Origin: Nemertoderma westbladi
Taxonomy: Eukaryota > Animalia > Xenacoelomorpha
Direction of reading: 5' to 3'
DNA length: 64,000 bases
Assembly: GCA_032718475.1 (NCBI GenBank)
Contig: JAUCBJ010007119.1
Location: 5,793 to 69,792, forward strand
Shown here: one piece after another, positions 37,898-50,765 of the stretch
How positions within the stretch are numbered: the stretch's first letter is position 1
Layout of the letters: each line of letters starts with the position of its first letter
Translations under genes and position numbers: made by a program
Notes under the pieces: model-generated
What the model was told of the DNA's origin: nothing
The model's input: only the letters and a program-made list of their open reading frames with translations
Databases searched by the model: none

Positions 37898-39038
37898 TGT
37901 TCGCGCTTTCAGACCTTTAGCAGTTTAACCTGCCAAATTTAGATGTCTTCTAGATTATAAATCGACTTTAGCCTATGACGAGTATTTGATACACTACATT
38001 AGCCGAAGCCAGTCTATGCGCGACCATTCACCCGCTGGATATACCCGGGAGACTGGATGCAGAAGCCTTGACCTTATTGCGGTGTAGGCCTACTGTATTA
38101 TTCGACTGATCGTTAATATATAATCTCTGACAAATATTATTCACTTTCGGGAAATATTAACAGTTCCTTTAGGACGTGGCGCTCTAAATATGTAAACAGA
38201 GTTATGACTTACACTAGACACAACGGGATGGCTATGGATTCACGTATAAAGCGCATTCTTTAGGAGATGCTTTGTTATCAGTCACAATCATGCACACTAC
38301 CGCACAATGCTGCACACCGATCTGCCGACCTTCACTAATTTTAGTCACATATAAAGAGAACAACAACCGACACATGTAGTGCCTATGAAATAGCATTAGA
38401 TTCACTCCAAAACCACTTTAATGTAAGTCGCAATTGCTATATGTAACCGGTCTCTTACCTTCAGTATATCAAGAAGATTTGGGGTTTTATGATTATTTAT
38501 CGATGTTAACCAAATATAATAATATTCCATCAACTGATATAATTAATAACCGACAGTAAATAGCAGTAAAAATGCGGTGTTTATAGGTGACAATATGATT
38601 GGTGTTGAGTTGGTATGGTTTGTGGTTTGATAACAGTTATACGTTTCTATGACCAAAGAAAACTAATGTTTGGCTAAAGCCTGAAACACAGAAATTCCAA
38701 AGCCGGTCTTCTGGCTGTGGACAAAATACACATACTGACTGAATTGCATGAGTTTCTGTATACAATCTCCAACACAGAGTCAAAAAACGCTCTGATTGGT
38801 CGACCGAACAAAGAACGAACAAAGAACAAAGAAAAAGTTACACGTGTACATATCAGCTGTTAGATGTCGTCATGGTAACTACACTGTATCAAGAGGATTT
38901 TGGCTTATTGCGACATAAGATCGCTAGTTATGTCCGCTAAAGTACACATACAGAAGAAATGGCTTTTTATGTCCGTTAAAACACCTACAGAGTACTTTGC
39001 GGGGAAAATAACTAGCTAGATCCGCAAAAGCCTTTACA
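37898..39038 (-). repeat. 3' LTR of copy 3 (lacks one 41-bp U3 repeat unit)
   Basis: Direct repeat of 50766-51947. Confidence 0.95.
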
Positions 39039-39116
39039 CCGCTCCCAGAAAATGGGATTTAATTCTATAAAATATAAAAAATCACAGTTTCTAAAATATA
39101 AAAATACTCTAAACAG

Positions 39117-40668
39117 TTAGTTTTTCTTGCGCGGACGGCATTTACGCAGTTTTTTGGGGCAAGCAAGAGTCCTTTTCTCTTTGGGGCGAGCCACTTTACT
39201 AAGAGGGCTATAACCCTTGGGTGAAGGGTGCAATACAATTGCATCAGAAGGTTTAGGGTTACGGTCGGTGTATCCGCCAGTCGAGGTACCCGGTTGATCG
39301 GTATCAACCTCAGTGGAACGAGGTCGAACAACCTTGAGAGCGCGTTTTGAGACAGCAGCTCTTACTGGTCCCTGACGGGTCGTCTGAACGATAGCGGTAG
39401 GTGGACCGTGTATAGTGAGAAATTTCCTCGGTTTGATGATTCTTTCCAACTCGCGTTCTCGGGCTCTATCGGAATCGATATGCTTCTCCTCGAGCTGATT
39501 TTCCTCCGCTTGTTGTTGAAAACATTTGTCCAAACTCTTGCAGAAAGTAGAGCCGTCCAAGTTCAATATCTTCTTAGAGATTCTGGATTTTCTGATCGAA
39601 CTGAGACAAAGCTAATTCGTCCACCGCTTGGACCTGTTGCTGCAATTTACGTTTCTCTAAACAATTGTAGGTTCCTTTTCCGATCTTTTGAAGAATAGTG
39701 TCCAACACGTTTCGTACAACTCTCTCCTCCGCCTTGGTGACAAGTTGTATCGGGTTAAACCGGGACAATGATACGGTTGAATGACGATATTAGATGTCCG
39801 CGTCCCAATCCGGCTAGGTAAGATTGGCGAATATTTAGGGAGCCCACAACCGGAGTGCCACCGACTAATTATTCGGGTAACACTAGATCTTTGAACAGTG
39901 AGTACAGTTCGGGAGGATCCGTGATACTATTAGGATCAAGAGTCTGAAGTCTAACTAGGAAATGAGGAGGTCTGACTGAGTACTCCGGAACTCTGATCAT
40001 AGGTTTATTTAAGGATCGTTTGAGTCGAGCGAGCGTAGGTGATACATCGAACAAGTTTCGCTCGAAACTCCCGTAAATATAGCGAGTAAAACCGTGTTTA
40101 AAGCAACGTCTCCGCGGATGTTTATGTCTTTCCGTTTGTTGGTTGGGTCTTGGGCATTCATCGCAATAATACCAAAGACGCACATCTTGTAGGGGAAACG
40201 CGGGTGATATTTATTCGGTTTTACAATGTTTCTCTCAAGAATTCCAAATATACGTTGGAGTTACCGCGTTTATTCGGTTCTTTAACGTCTTCTCTTTCGA
40301 GTCGATTTCGAATAGAATTTTCGCATTCGATTCTCAATTTATCGTTCCGACTCAGCTGGGTATGATATTTAAATAGGACCATTTCCCTTTCGGTGTCGAT
40401 ATCGTCCGTATCGTGTAAATTTGATAGGATGGCCAGTAGTTAAGACGTCCATATACGTACCATTACGATGCGTATAGCGAGCGGTGAATTTTCTATAGTC
40501 CAATTCACGCGTAAGTTGCTCCTGGGACATTGGCGGTTCGATATAACGACCATCGTCCTCCGTAGTAGTTGGACCAGCGTCGCCGCGTATCAAGCTATCG
40601 ACAAACGCTTGTAAAGGTAGAGTATATCGCTCCCTGATACCAAGATCATCTTCTATCAACTCAGTCAT
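39117..40668 (-). pseudogene. 3' accessory ORF of copy 3 (frameshifted; shares both ends with copy 2, different middle)
   Basis: The MTELIEDDLG... start and ...RARERELER...KKLRKCRPRKK end are shared with copy 2. The middle contains YYCDECPRP...HKH...CFKHG. Confidence 0.65.
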
Positions 40669-42398
40669 ATCTGCTACATGAGTTTATCAATATTATAATG
40701 AGTTTATATTTAGGCTAGCGGGCGTCGCTGCCTACCCCTCTTGGCCCCCGGACAGCGCAAGATACTCAGCGCTGGTGTACTTTCGCCGATGTGCCTATCG
40801 CCAACGTCGTAGCTGCACAACGACCACAACAACCAGCGCGAGTCACTCCACCGTCCGTCCCAAAGGCTTAGATTTACTTCAGGTTCTTACTGGAGAGTTA
40901 GGGCTACTTTCACAATTGCGACTCGCTACTGTAAACACACTTTAGTAGTAACATTCACCTATAAACGCACAAATTCCACACAACTGTCACAAACCGTACA
41001 CATTCGGGCCATTTTTCCGTTAGTCAGTGCCTTCCAGAATGCCACGTTATTATTGTGTATCCTTGGATACTAGCAGTGTGCTATTTACTCCCTATGCTAT
41101 TCAATGGGGCAAGCTTTCTATTGTTCTTTAACTCACTTCTAATTCTAGCGTGGTTGTTGCCATGGTGACATTATGGAAAGCTAGCAGTAGAATTAGGGTA
41201 ATTCTCATGCATACAGATCTGGGATGCTATTTAATAGTAATTCTTTAATTGTCAATATTCCTCTTTATACATGATGTTATGAATTTTATCGGCTATTGAC
41301 TATATATTGGAGATTCTCGCACACTAATATACTTAATAGGGTGAATCTCCGCTCCCATGATCTATTAATTTATGGAATTTTGGGAATGTTATAAATTGTA
41401 TAAAAATGACAATTTATCAAATTCATTAAAAGATGAATTTAAATTTATTCCCGTAAATTTTATTATTTAATATTAAATAGACACAATTTTATTCAAGAAC
41501 ATGTCTGGGGACTGGGATCCTTGATTCTAGGAAATTGGTCTTTTTAAGAATATCGGTAAGTGCTACGATATCTTAATAGTCTAGAATTTTAAAGGATCTA
41601 AAATTTGGCAGATTTTATAAATATTAATAGTTAATATTTAGGATGGGCACCAGTTTATTCCAGAACTTGTCTGGGGACGTTAACCACTGATTCTAGAATT
41701 TTGTCTTTTAAGTATATTGGTGGGTGCCGCGATATCTTAATCGACTAGAATTACAGATGGTCAAAGGGTTTAACAGATTTATTTTGCGTTTTACGCTACT
41801 GTTAAAGGGACATCACGCTACTATATGTATTATTTAATATACGGTATGAGAGCAATATCGCAAGAAGCAATGTCAGTGAGAAGAGGCAAGTCATTTCCAA
41901 GGTCTACCCAGAGCTTGGTTTAGCCGAGACACGAGGATCTGAACTTTGCATTCCTAATACTCTACTTACCAATAATACTTGAATATAGTAGGAGCTTTAT
42001 TGTACTTTAATAAGTACGGATATTTCATATTACTGTAGTCACGTATTTATAATGTAATACAGACAGTAAGGAAAGAGAAAAATAATTATTTCTCGCCATC
42101 GCACTAAATATATAATATATAAGTAATTAAGTAATAAACGCGAATATATATTGCACTAATCTACTAGATAATCGCTAAAATAACATTCTGCTAAATAAAA
42201 TTAAAGAAAACGATTATAATAAAATTATATAATAATACATACATAAATATAAAATAATAAAAACAAATATAAAATAATATAGTCATACACCCACTCCAGA
42301 CGTTGTTACGTTGGGGAGTCTCTAGATGTTTGTTGGATTAGGGAGGTGGTCGTGGGAAGAGTATCTTGCCTTGCATAGTTTCCGGACAGTTCTCGGTC

Positions 42399-45300
42399 TC
42401 ATTCCAGTAAACATAAACGACCAACTGGGCGATTGAGCTGCTGTGTCTCGAAGACAATTCCAGGTTTCCTCTTCGTCCTGGAATAGTGACGATAGAAACA
42501 TCGCTTCAAATACACGACGGCCTTACAAAGCCGATTCCAGGATCTATAGTGGTCCATCGCTCCCGGCAGGAGAGGTGAGAGTCCCGGCGAGACGTCTGGT
42601 GTTCCAGATCTCCAGTCTCTCTCTCTGATCTCCACAACAGATCGGTTCGCGGTGGGGGAGTTTAGATCCACAGCGTCGTCCCTGGCAATGTGTAATACAG
42701 ACAGATCTATCACGGGTTTAAATAACCTTGATTTACTCGTCCGGGTTTTAGGTTTGACTTTCTCCGCTCCCTTGGCTTGTCTAATCTCAGCCGTGGTAAG
42801 ATGGGGAGGCCATTCATCTTCTTTACTTAGGAAGTCGGGTCCACCTAACCAGTCTGGAGTATCTGTCAGTTCTTGAGGAGTTGCTCCTCTGGAAGCGATG
42901 TCGGCTAGATTAATCGTCTCGGGGCAATATCTCCATTGATCTACATTAGAGTTAATATCGTCATTATCTGAGGAGTATGGTGTTCCCTCAGTTGGGTCAT
43001 CCACCTCACTGCTCTCCGCTTCCCATTCACTTATTTGGTATACCCGTTCTTTTGGTATGCTTGCGTCCTTCTGGGCTCCTCCCCGAGGCGCACCCACGAG
43101 GCGGACGCTGTCCCACCACCCCTGGGGCCAGTCTGACTCCATTTTTATCAGACCGGGCCGGAGGGTAGCCCGATGCTTCCCGGGTTCAATTTTCAATCCC
43201 CCGATCACACCGGCACAGCTCGTCGGTGTAGCCAGATGGTCGGCAACTGTCAACTTACTGTGGCCTGACTGTACATTGAGCCAACTCAGAGAGTCAACCG
43301 GCGGGTGGACCAGTCGATAGTGATCGAGCATCAAGGTCGCCCTTGAGCCAAACCGATGGTCTTGTCCCAAGTGGGCTTGCGCTACCCACATGGAATATTG
43401 ACACGTTTTCACCCGCCTCGCCGGCAGTATTGAGGGGAAGTTGGTTCCGCAAACAATACTGACTAGCTCGAAAGCTAGGAACAAGTAATCACTTACCAGT
43501 CACTGTACACGTGTACTCAACAGATGCTCACGAAATCAAGTACACAACGGTAAACACAAAATCGGACACATACCATGCACACACAGAGGACATAATCGGG
43601 AAAGACAAATCGGTGACAAAATTAGAGGGGACAAAATTGTATCGACTGATAAAAAGTCGAGAGTACCTTATTTTGCCGTCAGGGCAAAATAACTTTGTGT
43701 GCACAAAGTATGCTGGGGCGCAGTAAAGATATGGTCCTACTAATAACCAGCGGCGTCTAGACCAACCGGCAAGGTTTCCCACACTCACTCGCAGTGGCCA
43801 TACACACTCACGTATACCACGTACCCACAGCAACAGAAAGCTCAAGCAAACTGCCACTGATCATCCACACACAAACCACAGATTCCAGAGTATCATTCAC
43901 TCAGACCACACTACCACCATCCCCTCCTTGCAGCGGATATTCCGGGTGCTACCTCCATTCCAATAGTAGTACCAACAGAATCATCAGAATCCTGCCCATT
44001 CCGATGCAACACCTCCATTCCAATAGTGCTACCCTGGGAAAAGACACGTTTCGGCAACCGATCGGAGACAGCAAAGAGTCTGGTCAACTCATACATACCA
44101 AACATAGACCTACCACATAAACCACATAGACCACAGATCACACTAAGCCACCACCCCTACTGTGTACAGGACTGGCAGTACGGCAACAGGCCGACTAGAC
44201 GGTACCACGGCACCATGTTGATTCATGGTTCGTAAGACACGAGGGCCTTCAGTATCTCCCTTGCACTATACATGGGATTTAACGTGCCCCCAGACCCTCA
44301 CGAGTCCGCTGCCGCCTGTTAAAGGCACCCCTATAGAGACCTCACCTCTTTAGGTACCTTTCCATGAGAGTTCTACGGGAAGGGCCAGTAAAGTACCAAC
44401 CTACTCTAGTTCTTCCCGCATAGGCTTGTAGTGGTTGCGGTTGAGCAGGCCGTTTCTCCAATGTCTCAAGCGCCTCATGCGCATTTTGGCCGATGAGTAT
44501 TTGCACTCCAGGGTAGTCTGTGTTGAATCTAGGTATATTAAGCTGCTGGGTGGAATCGTCCTCATCCCAGTTATAAGGTTCTACTTGGCTGGTAGCGAAG
44601 TTCTTTATCGCCACCATTTTTACTGACCTTATGCTGTGTTCTCCTAGTTCATCCTGGGGGGTGGACAACGCACCTACATAATAATCTGCTATTACTGTAG
44701 ATTTCCAAACCTGCATAATTCCTGACATGTTTAACTTAGTTCGGAACTTGGGTTGTCCAGCAAAGATGTCTTTGGCTAGTTCTTTGTTGATGAATGTTCC
44801 TGTGCTACCGGAGTCAAGGAGGGCATTCACTATATAACTCCTTTCAGGTCCGTGGACCCTCAACTGCACTACGGGAAATTCTCGGATTCCTACATTGGAA
44901 GTTGGTGCTTTCCAAGATGGTTGTCGGTCAGAAGTAGTTAGGGGGAGCTCGCTGTCGGTGTCCTTTTCATACGTAAGTGCTCGATACACTGCGGTATTTA
45001 TCAGGTAACAGGATTCGTTTTCGTCGGAGAATTCGTCCGTATAGAATCCTTCCATCTCAGAACTTTGGTCAGTGTCGTTCACATCACTGAATTGGACATG
45101 TAGTTCGGACTCACTTACCTGACTCGGGCTGTTTCGATCGAATTCAGTGTGCAACAAGATATGATGTTTTGCGCCGCACTTTGCACACCTTGCGTCGGAG
45201 TAACAGGTTCGCCGTTGGTGTCCTCGTCTGAGGCAATTATAACACAACCGCTTATCCCACATGACTTCACGTCTGTCCTTTAGTGATTTCCTCAGGAATT

Positions 45301-48300
45301 CATCACACGCACTTAAACGGTGGGGCCCGTCACACAGCACACATTTTGGTTTGATGTTACTTACCTTACTTTGGGTAACGTTGTGCACACTCGTTCTTTC
45401 CTCGGGCTTTCTTACATGAATTCTCTTAGGAGACGTAGGAGTTTTTCTTACCTGTTCTCTCCTGTCATTGGTTTGAGACTTGAATTTACTTACGTCCTTA
45501 GGCGCTTTGTTGTCATAGTAAGATCTTTCAGTGTCTTTCCCGCTGTCTTCCTCTTGAGAAGCCTGGCTTTCGCCGTCGTCTGTATAGCACACTGGTATTA
45601 CCTTTCTCCTAGAAACGGGTTTCTCACTTACCTTATTTTCCGGTGTCTTCTCTCTGGACTGCTTTAGGAGCTGTAATTTTACCTCTCCATCTAAGAATGA
45701 CATGAGATCAGCCATGGTAGGATCTCTTTGTTGTTGTTCCATCATATATAACACTTTCTTGTCCCAGCGTGTACCTACTCCACCCTTGGGCAAATAGATG
45801 CTAAGGCTCCTACAACCATAGAATTCTGGTATTCATGAGACTTACCTAACCAATCTAGTTGTCTACAGATCTCCTGAATCTCGTCGGAAAACTCTATAAT
45901 CCCGCTGCTAAGAAACTTTCGGGGCGCCATTAATTTCGCATATAAATACCTAGCTATGTTAGTCCTATTACCATACCTGATGTTTAGTGTATCCCAAACT
46001 TGTCTTAATCCATCTGGATGTCCAATAAACTTTAACGCCATTAACTTGGGAGATCCTTCCAAGCACTCGATGAGGAATCTAAGTTTCTCTCCGTTAGATA
46101 GCACAGAGTTATGTATGTTATCTTTATAATATTCATTAAAAGGTAACCATTTCATCTCATCTCCATTGAACTTGACGATCTCTCCCACCTTTACCGCTTG
46201 ACGGGCTTCGGTTCTAGCCATTTGACGCGTAAAACTTTCTTGGGCCATCGTGTTATTTAATATCGCGTTATCGGTATATAAATCTCTCGGATTATTATCA
46301 AGTCTATATGGAATATCATCGTCAACAGGTTTATAATTACCCTTAATAGGGTTTACTATAGGAGTTTCTACTTCACAAGCAGTATAGATGCGTGTAGGCT
46401 CCACACCTTGCGCATGAAATACTTCAGACCTAACAGGTTGACACATTGTTACCGGGGTTGGTGGTATACCCCTTTGGGTATTTACTAATTTATCGCGTTC
46501 TAACGCGATACTCTGCTGCACTTCTTGCAACTCTAACCTGCTTTCCCTTACTGTGCCCTTGAACTGCTGAACAGTTCCTTCCATCTCCCGCACCTGCTGA
46601 GAGGAGCACTTACGGTGTTCCCTCAGCTGCCCGAGCAGGAGACCCATCTCCCGTCGTCCCTCAGCTACCCACTCGACCGCCGAAGCGGGAGTCGCCAACA
46701 TAGTAGCGGGCGAGCGAGAGACGACGGGCGATAAATTCTTGATATCTCGCTCGGCGTCCAGGATGGCTTCGGACTCGGGAACAGTCCTACTGGGCACAGG
46801 TAGTTTCGTGCTGTGCAAAGGGAATTTAGAGGTAGGTTCTGGGAGTACAGGTGTCTCTATCACCGAAGGGGTGGCTTCGAGAACAGGCCCAATTATTTCA
46901 GGTTCATCTACTATAGTAGGGAGTCTTTCTACTTTAATAATTTGGTCTGTGGGTTCTGTACTACCTAAGTCTGTGCTAGCTAGTTGCCTTCTAACAGCTG
47001 GGGGCAAATCAGGCAATTTCTGACGGTGGGGCATTCTTCTACGCCTGCTTAGACGAGATCTATTTCCTCCGCCTTCAGGATCGGTGGTATTGCCTTCATC
47101 AGATGATGTAAATCCCTGCCTTTTAGGAGTAAATCGACTTATCATCTGCATTTGACTAGCTGTTATCTGTTTATTTATATAGTCTTGCTTCTCCTCAAGA
47201 TTTTCCAACTCTAGTTGGGTGATCTCTTCAGACGCTCTTCGTTCTGCTTCTGCCACGGCTCGCTTTCTTTCCGCTTCTGCTGCTGCCACTGCCGCTTTTC
47301 TTTCCACTTCTGCCGCTGCCTCTGCCGCTTTTCTTTCCGCTTCTGCCGCTGCTGCTATCTTTCTGTCTTCTATACGTTTTTTCTTTACTTGTTCTTCTTG
47401 GACTCTAGCGATGCGGAGGCGTTCATCAAATTTAGCTTGGTTCGCAGCTAACATATCCGCATCGATTGCGTCCAACACAAGCTTGGCTCCTTCATTATTA
47501 GGGCGAAGTCCAGACAGCTGTCTCCTCAACTCTTCGTCACCTACAAATCGTTGATAGTCTGACAGATAGATGTCAATAGCATCCCTCTTATGCGGTTTTT
47601 CTGCTGTCACTTCACTTTCCACTTGGGAAAAGGTAGCGTCTGTTGATTCTCCATGGGTTGAGCGCTCAGCCAGCTGAGATTTCCACTGGGCAGTTCCTTG
47701 AACTTGGAGACTCACCCACTGAAACCAAGTCTTTATGGCAACTTGCAACAAAGTGTCTTGTCTTTTTTTCGAAGTCTCCTCAAAGGCCGATAAGATTAGT
47801 CTGATTCTTAGAATTCTTTCTCTAACTTGATAAAGCAGCTCTCCCTGCTCTTGAGGTCCTTGAGGTTGTCGAAACAGTTGTTCCTCTAATCGCTCCATAG
47901 AGCTGAAGAATCCCTGTATGTATCCTGCTGCTGACCTCTTCCACACAGCTGGATCGCTGGTTTCTTTTGTCACTCCCATCCGGTGTATGTCTTCCCAGGC
48001 TGCTTCCGATAAGTCAAACGGGAGTCCGGGTCCAGGGAAATTCCATTGCGACTCGACAATAGACTTCAGTTCTTCCCTTGTGTATCCCGCATAACTATCC
48101 TTGGTCGATCGCTTACTTCTCGCCCAATCAATCTGGTGTTCCTCCACCGCAATCAATACCCTAGTGAGTACGGCTGCAGGAAGAATGAGAAGGGGATCCG
48201 AATAAACCGCATCTGCCATCTTTGCTCCTCGCTCGGGTGTCAACTCTACAGTATCCGAACTACTGGAGCTGTCGGGCCGCTGAGAAATAAGTTCTCGGCT

Positions 48301-48567
48301 AGGGGGTTGTTGCTGTTTGACAGCTGCTTCTTGATCCCGCTTGACTTGAGCCCGAGTGCCTATGACAGACCTACGGCGCTTCACTAACTTTGCAAATTGC
48401 AAAATTGCTTCTACTAACCTAGGTTCTGACACAGCTACTGTAGGGGTTGCCTTTCTTACAGTAGGAGGGGTCTCAGACCTCGGTCTGGGATTCTCTATAC
48501 TCCTATCTGAGAAACAGACTGTTGTTTCTAGGAGACTATCTGACAGAGTTTGCCTTGTGTCAGCCAT
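42399..48567 (-). pseudogene. Copy 3 gag-protease plus pol remnants
   Basis: 930-aa gag (48567-45775), a frameshift into a 483-aa knuckle-protease ORF (45793-44342), then the intron and RNase H/IN remnants. Confidence 0.9.
43058..44355 (-). ncRNA. Group I intron (ID-like core, no ORF), 1298 nt, in the protease-RT linker of copy 3
   Basis: P1 is AAAGGT|ACCT : GGGTGCCTTT with U-G at the splice site. The core (43267-43420) matches the copy 2 intron. Excision restores MERLPKERVYQ exactly as at the empty site in copy 2. The terminal base is A, not G. Confidence 0.82.
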
Positions 48568-50754
48568 GTTTGATTGTACATTTGAATGCCTACTGCTATA
48601 TTACAGTTAAAGCAAGTCTAGTAATTCAGTATCACTGTTAGCCTAGTAATTAATTACCGATATCGTTACTCAGTGTAATGTGATATATATACACAATATA
48701 TTAGAATACCGGTATACATTTATAGTATATATATAAGTATTATTACAGACTAGGTTTGTCACAGAATGCCGGTATATAATTTCAGCACAAATATATATAA
48801 ATATATAATAGGCCTATCGTGAATACCGGTATACAGCTTACACTTATAGTATATATAAGTATAATTATGGACTAGAATTAATTACAGAATACCGGTATAA
48901 TTTCAGCCTAAATTTATAGAAATAAATATAATAAGCCTATTGTAAATACCGGTATGTCAATTATTTTAGAATAATTGAATTTCTGAATTTTTAGGGGTTA
49001 CTTGGTTACTTTACTTTACCTTATTACCGTTATTTAAGCAGTAGTCCAACTGATATTTAGACCTAATTGATGTATGACAGGCCTACTATTTTATAAATCA
49101 GTTTGAGTTGATTTATAATATGTATATACCCGTATAATGGGTTTTGTCAATATTTGAAATAAATGTTATTATTTCTGGGAAGGAGTCACTACACAGAAGC
49201 TGTGCGCTCTCAGTGAAGTGCTACTTATTGGACACTAAAACAAATAATTCTAATTTGCCTAAGTTACTTAATACTACAAATTACGTACAATTCGGGGTGA
49301 GATTACAATCTCTAAATAAACACAAAAAATTACACGTACGAATTTTTAGGGTAATTTTACAAGAAGTCTACAAACCAGCCTAACAAAGGGTTAGAATATC
49401 TGGTTATTACAAACAGACAGGATACTACGGTATTTGAAAATAACAAAGCAGTAGTAAATATACTGCGTTGTCCAGATAGGAAAAATACCACCGTCTGAAG
49501 ACTTATAGCCGTATCGCTATAAGTACTACGTTATGTATCACGGAGTGTTCCTACCTAGAAGTTAATTACCGCGGCCTACCAGAGCCAACGTGCCTATTAA
49601 CCACTTTACAACACAAATATACTGCCTACACACTAATTACCTTCGGAAAGCACTGTACACTAAACCCTAAATTAGGTACAAGTACTTATACAACAAATAA
49701 TCAGCAGTTAGAAATACTTGTACAGCTAAAAGAACCACGGTATCTGCTGGAGAGACCGGGGCACAAAATCACCAGTCTTTACCTACGCCAAGCAGCCCTG
49801 ATGTAGTACCGGGGTTAATTTAACTATAACGGTATGTATAACAAGCACAATTACTGTATGAATAAACTTGGGGTTGTGAATGTTGCGAATAATCGCATAA
49901 ACTCTGAATAATAAATATTACGCTACGCGTACAGACTACTCAAAAAAAATACAGACCAAACGCTGGCAGACTACTATCAAGCCCAAACAAACTACAGTAT
50001 ATGCAGACTCCGAAATGGTTAGTTAGTATGCGTTCTAACCGAGTAGTACGACTTATTCTTTCGAGGGGATTTACCTCACAGCACTGGAAGCCCCTACGTT
50101 CCTAACTAGTACTTTATTGGACATACACTCTACACACACCGCAATCTCTTCAGACATAACAACAGCCAGGCAACAATCCAGCCTACAAATTATCTAAATA
50201 AGAAATATTACGCTACCCGTACAGACTACACAAACAAAAATACAGACCAAGCGCTGGCAGACTACTATCAAGCCTAAACAAACTACAGTATATGCAGACT
50301 CCGAAATGGTTAGTTAGTATGCGTTCTAACCGAGTAGTACGACTTATTCTTTCGAGGGGATTTACCTCACAGCACTGGAAGCCCCTACATTCCTAACTAG
50401 TACTTTATCGGACATACACTCTAAACACACTGTAATCTCTTCAGACCTAACAACAGTCAGACAACAGTCCAGCCTACAAATTATCTGTACAATCTGAGCA
50501 GGCTTACATTTCTTCTGCTCAATATTAACCTACAAATAAATAAAACTGATAGAAATAAGTAAAATCTCAATAAAAAACCAGGGCGGCCGTCCCTGATTAA
50601 ATATTAAGGCCTACCGGTATATAATTCTCAAAATCAAATAATACTGTTGTACCTGTACTGCTGTAAGTACCGGTCCAGGTGGTTAGGTAGTCAGGCCTAC
50701 TAGGTACCGGTCGACCGGTACTTCAGCTTTATTGCCTACTGCAATACAGAAGCA

Positions 50755-50765
50755 ATAACTGTTAT
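50755..50765 (-). promoter_or_regulatory. Non-tRNA PBS position of copy 3 (ATAACAGTTAT)
   Basis: Abuts the 5' LTR and is complementary to 51498-51508. Confidence 0.6.

Noticed and set aside
42399-43484. ORFs 42399-43484 and 25498-26289 as intron-encoded proteins or homing endonucleases
   Set aside because: They are read-through of ribozyme sequence into the downstream pol exon, with no LAGLIDADG, GIY-YIG, HNH or His-Cys motif. The frame is not conserved between copies near its start.
43490-43500. GGTAAGT spliceosomal donor inside both introns
   Set aside because: It forms the 3' strand of the long-range P2-like stem, which explains its conservation.
43724-43738. Plus-strand AAAGATATGGTCC resembling a group I S element
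   Set aside because: Wrong strand relative to P1, and not conserved in the other copy.
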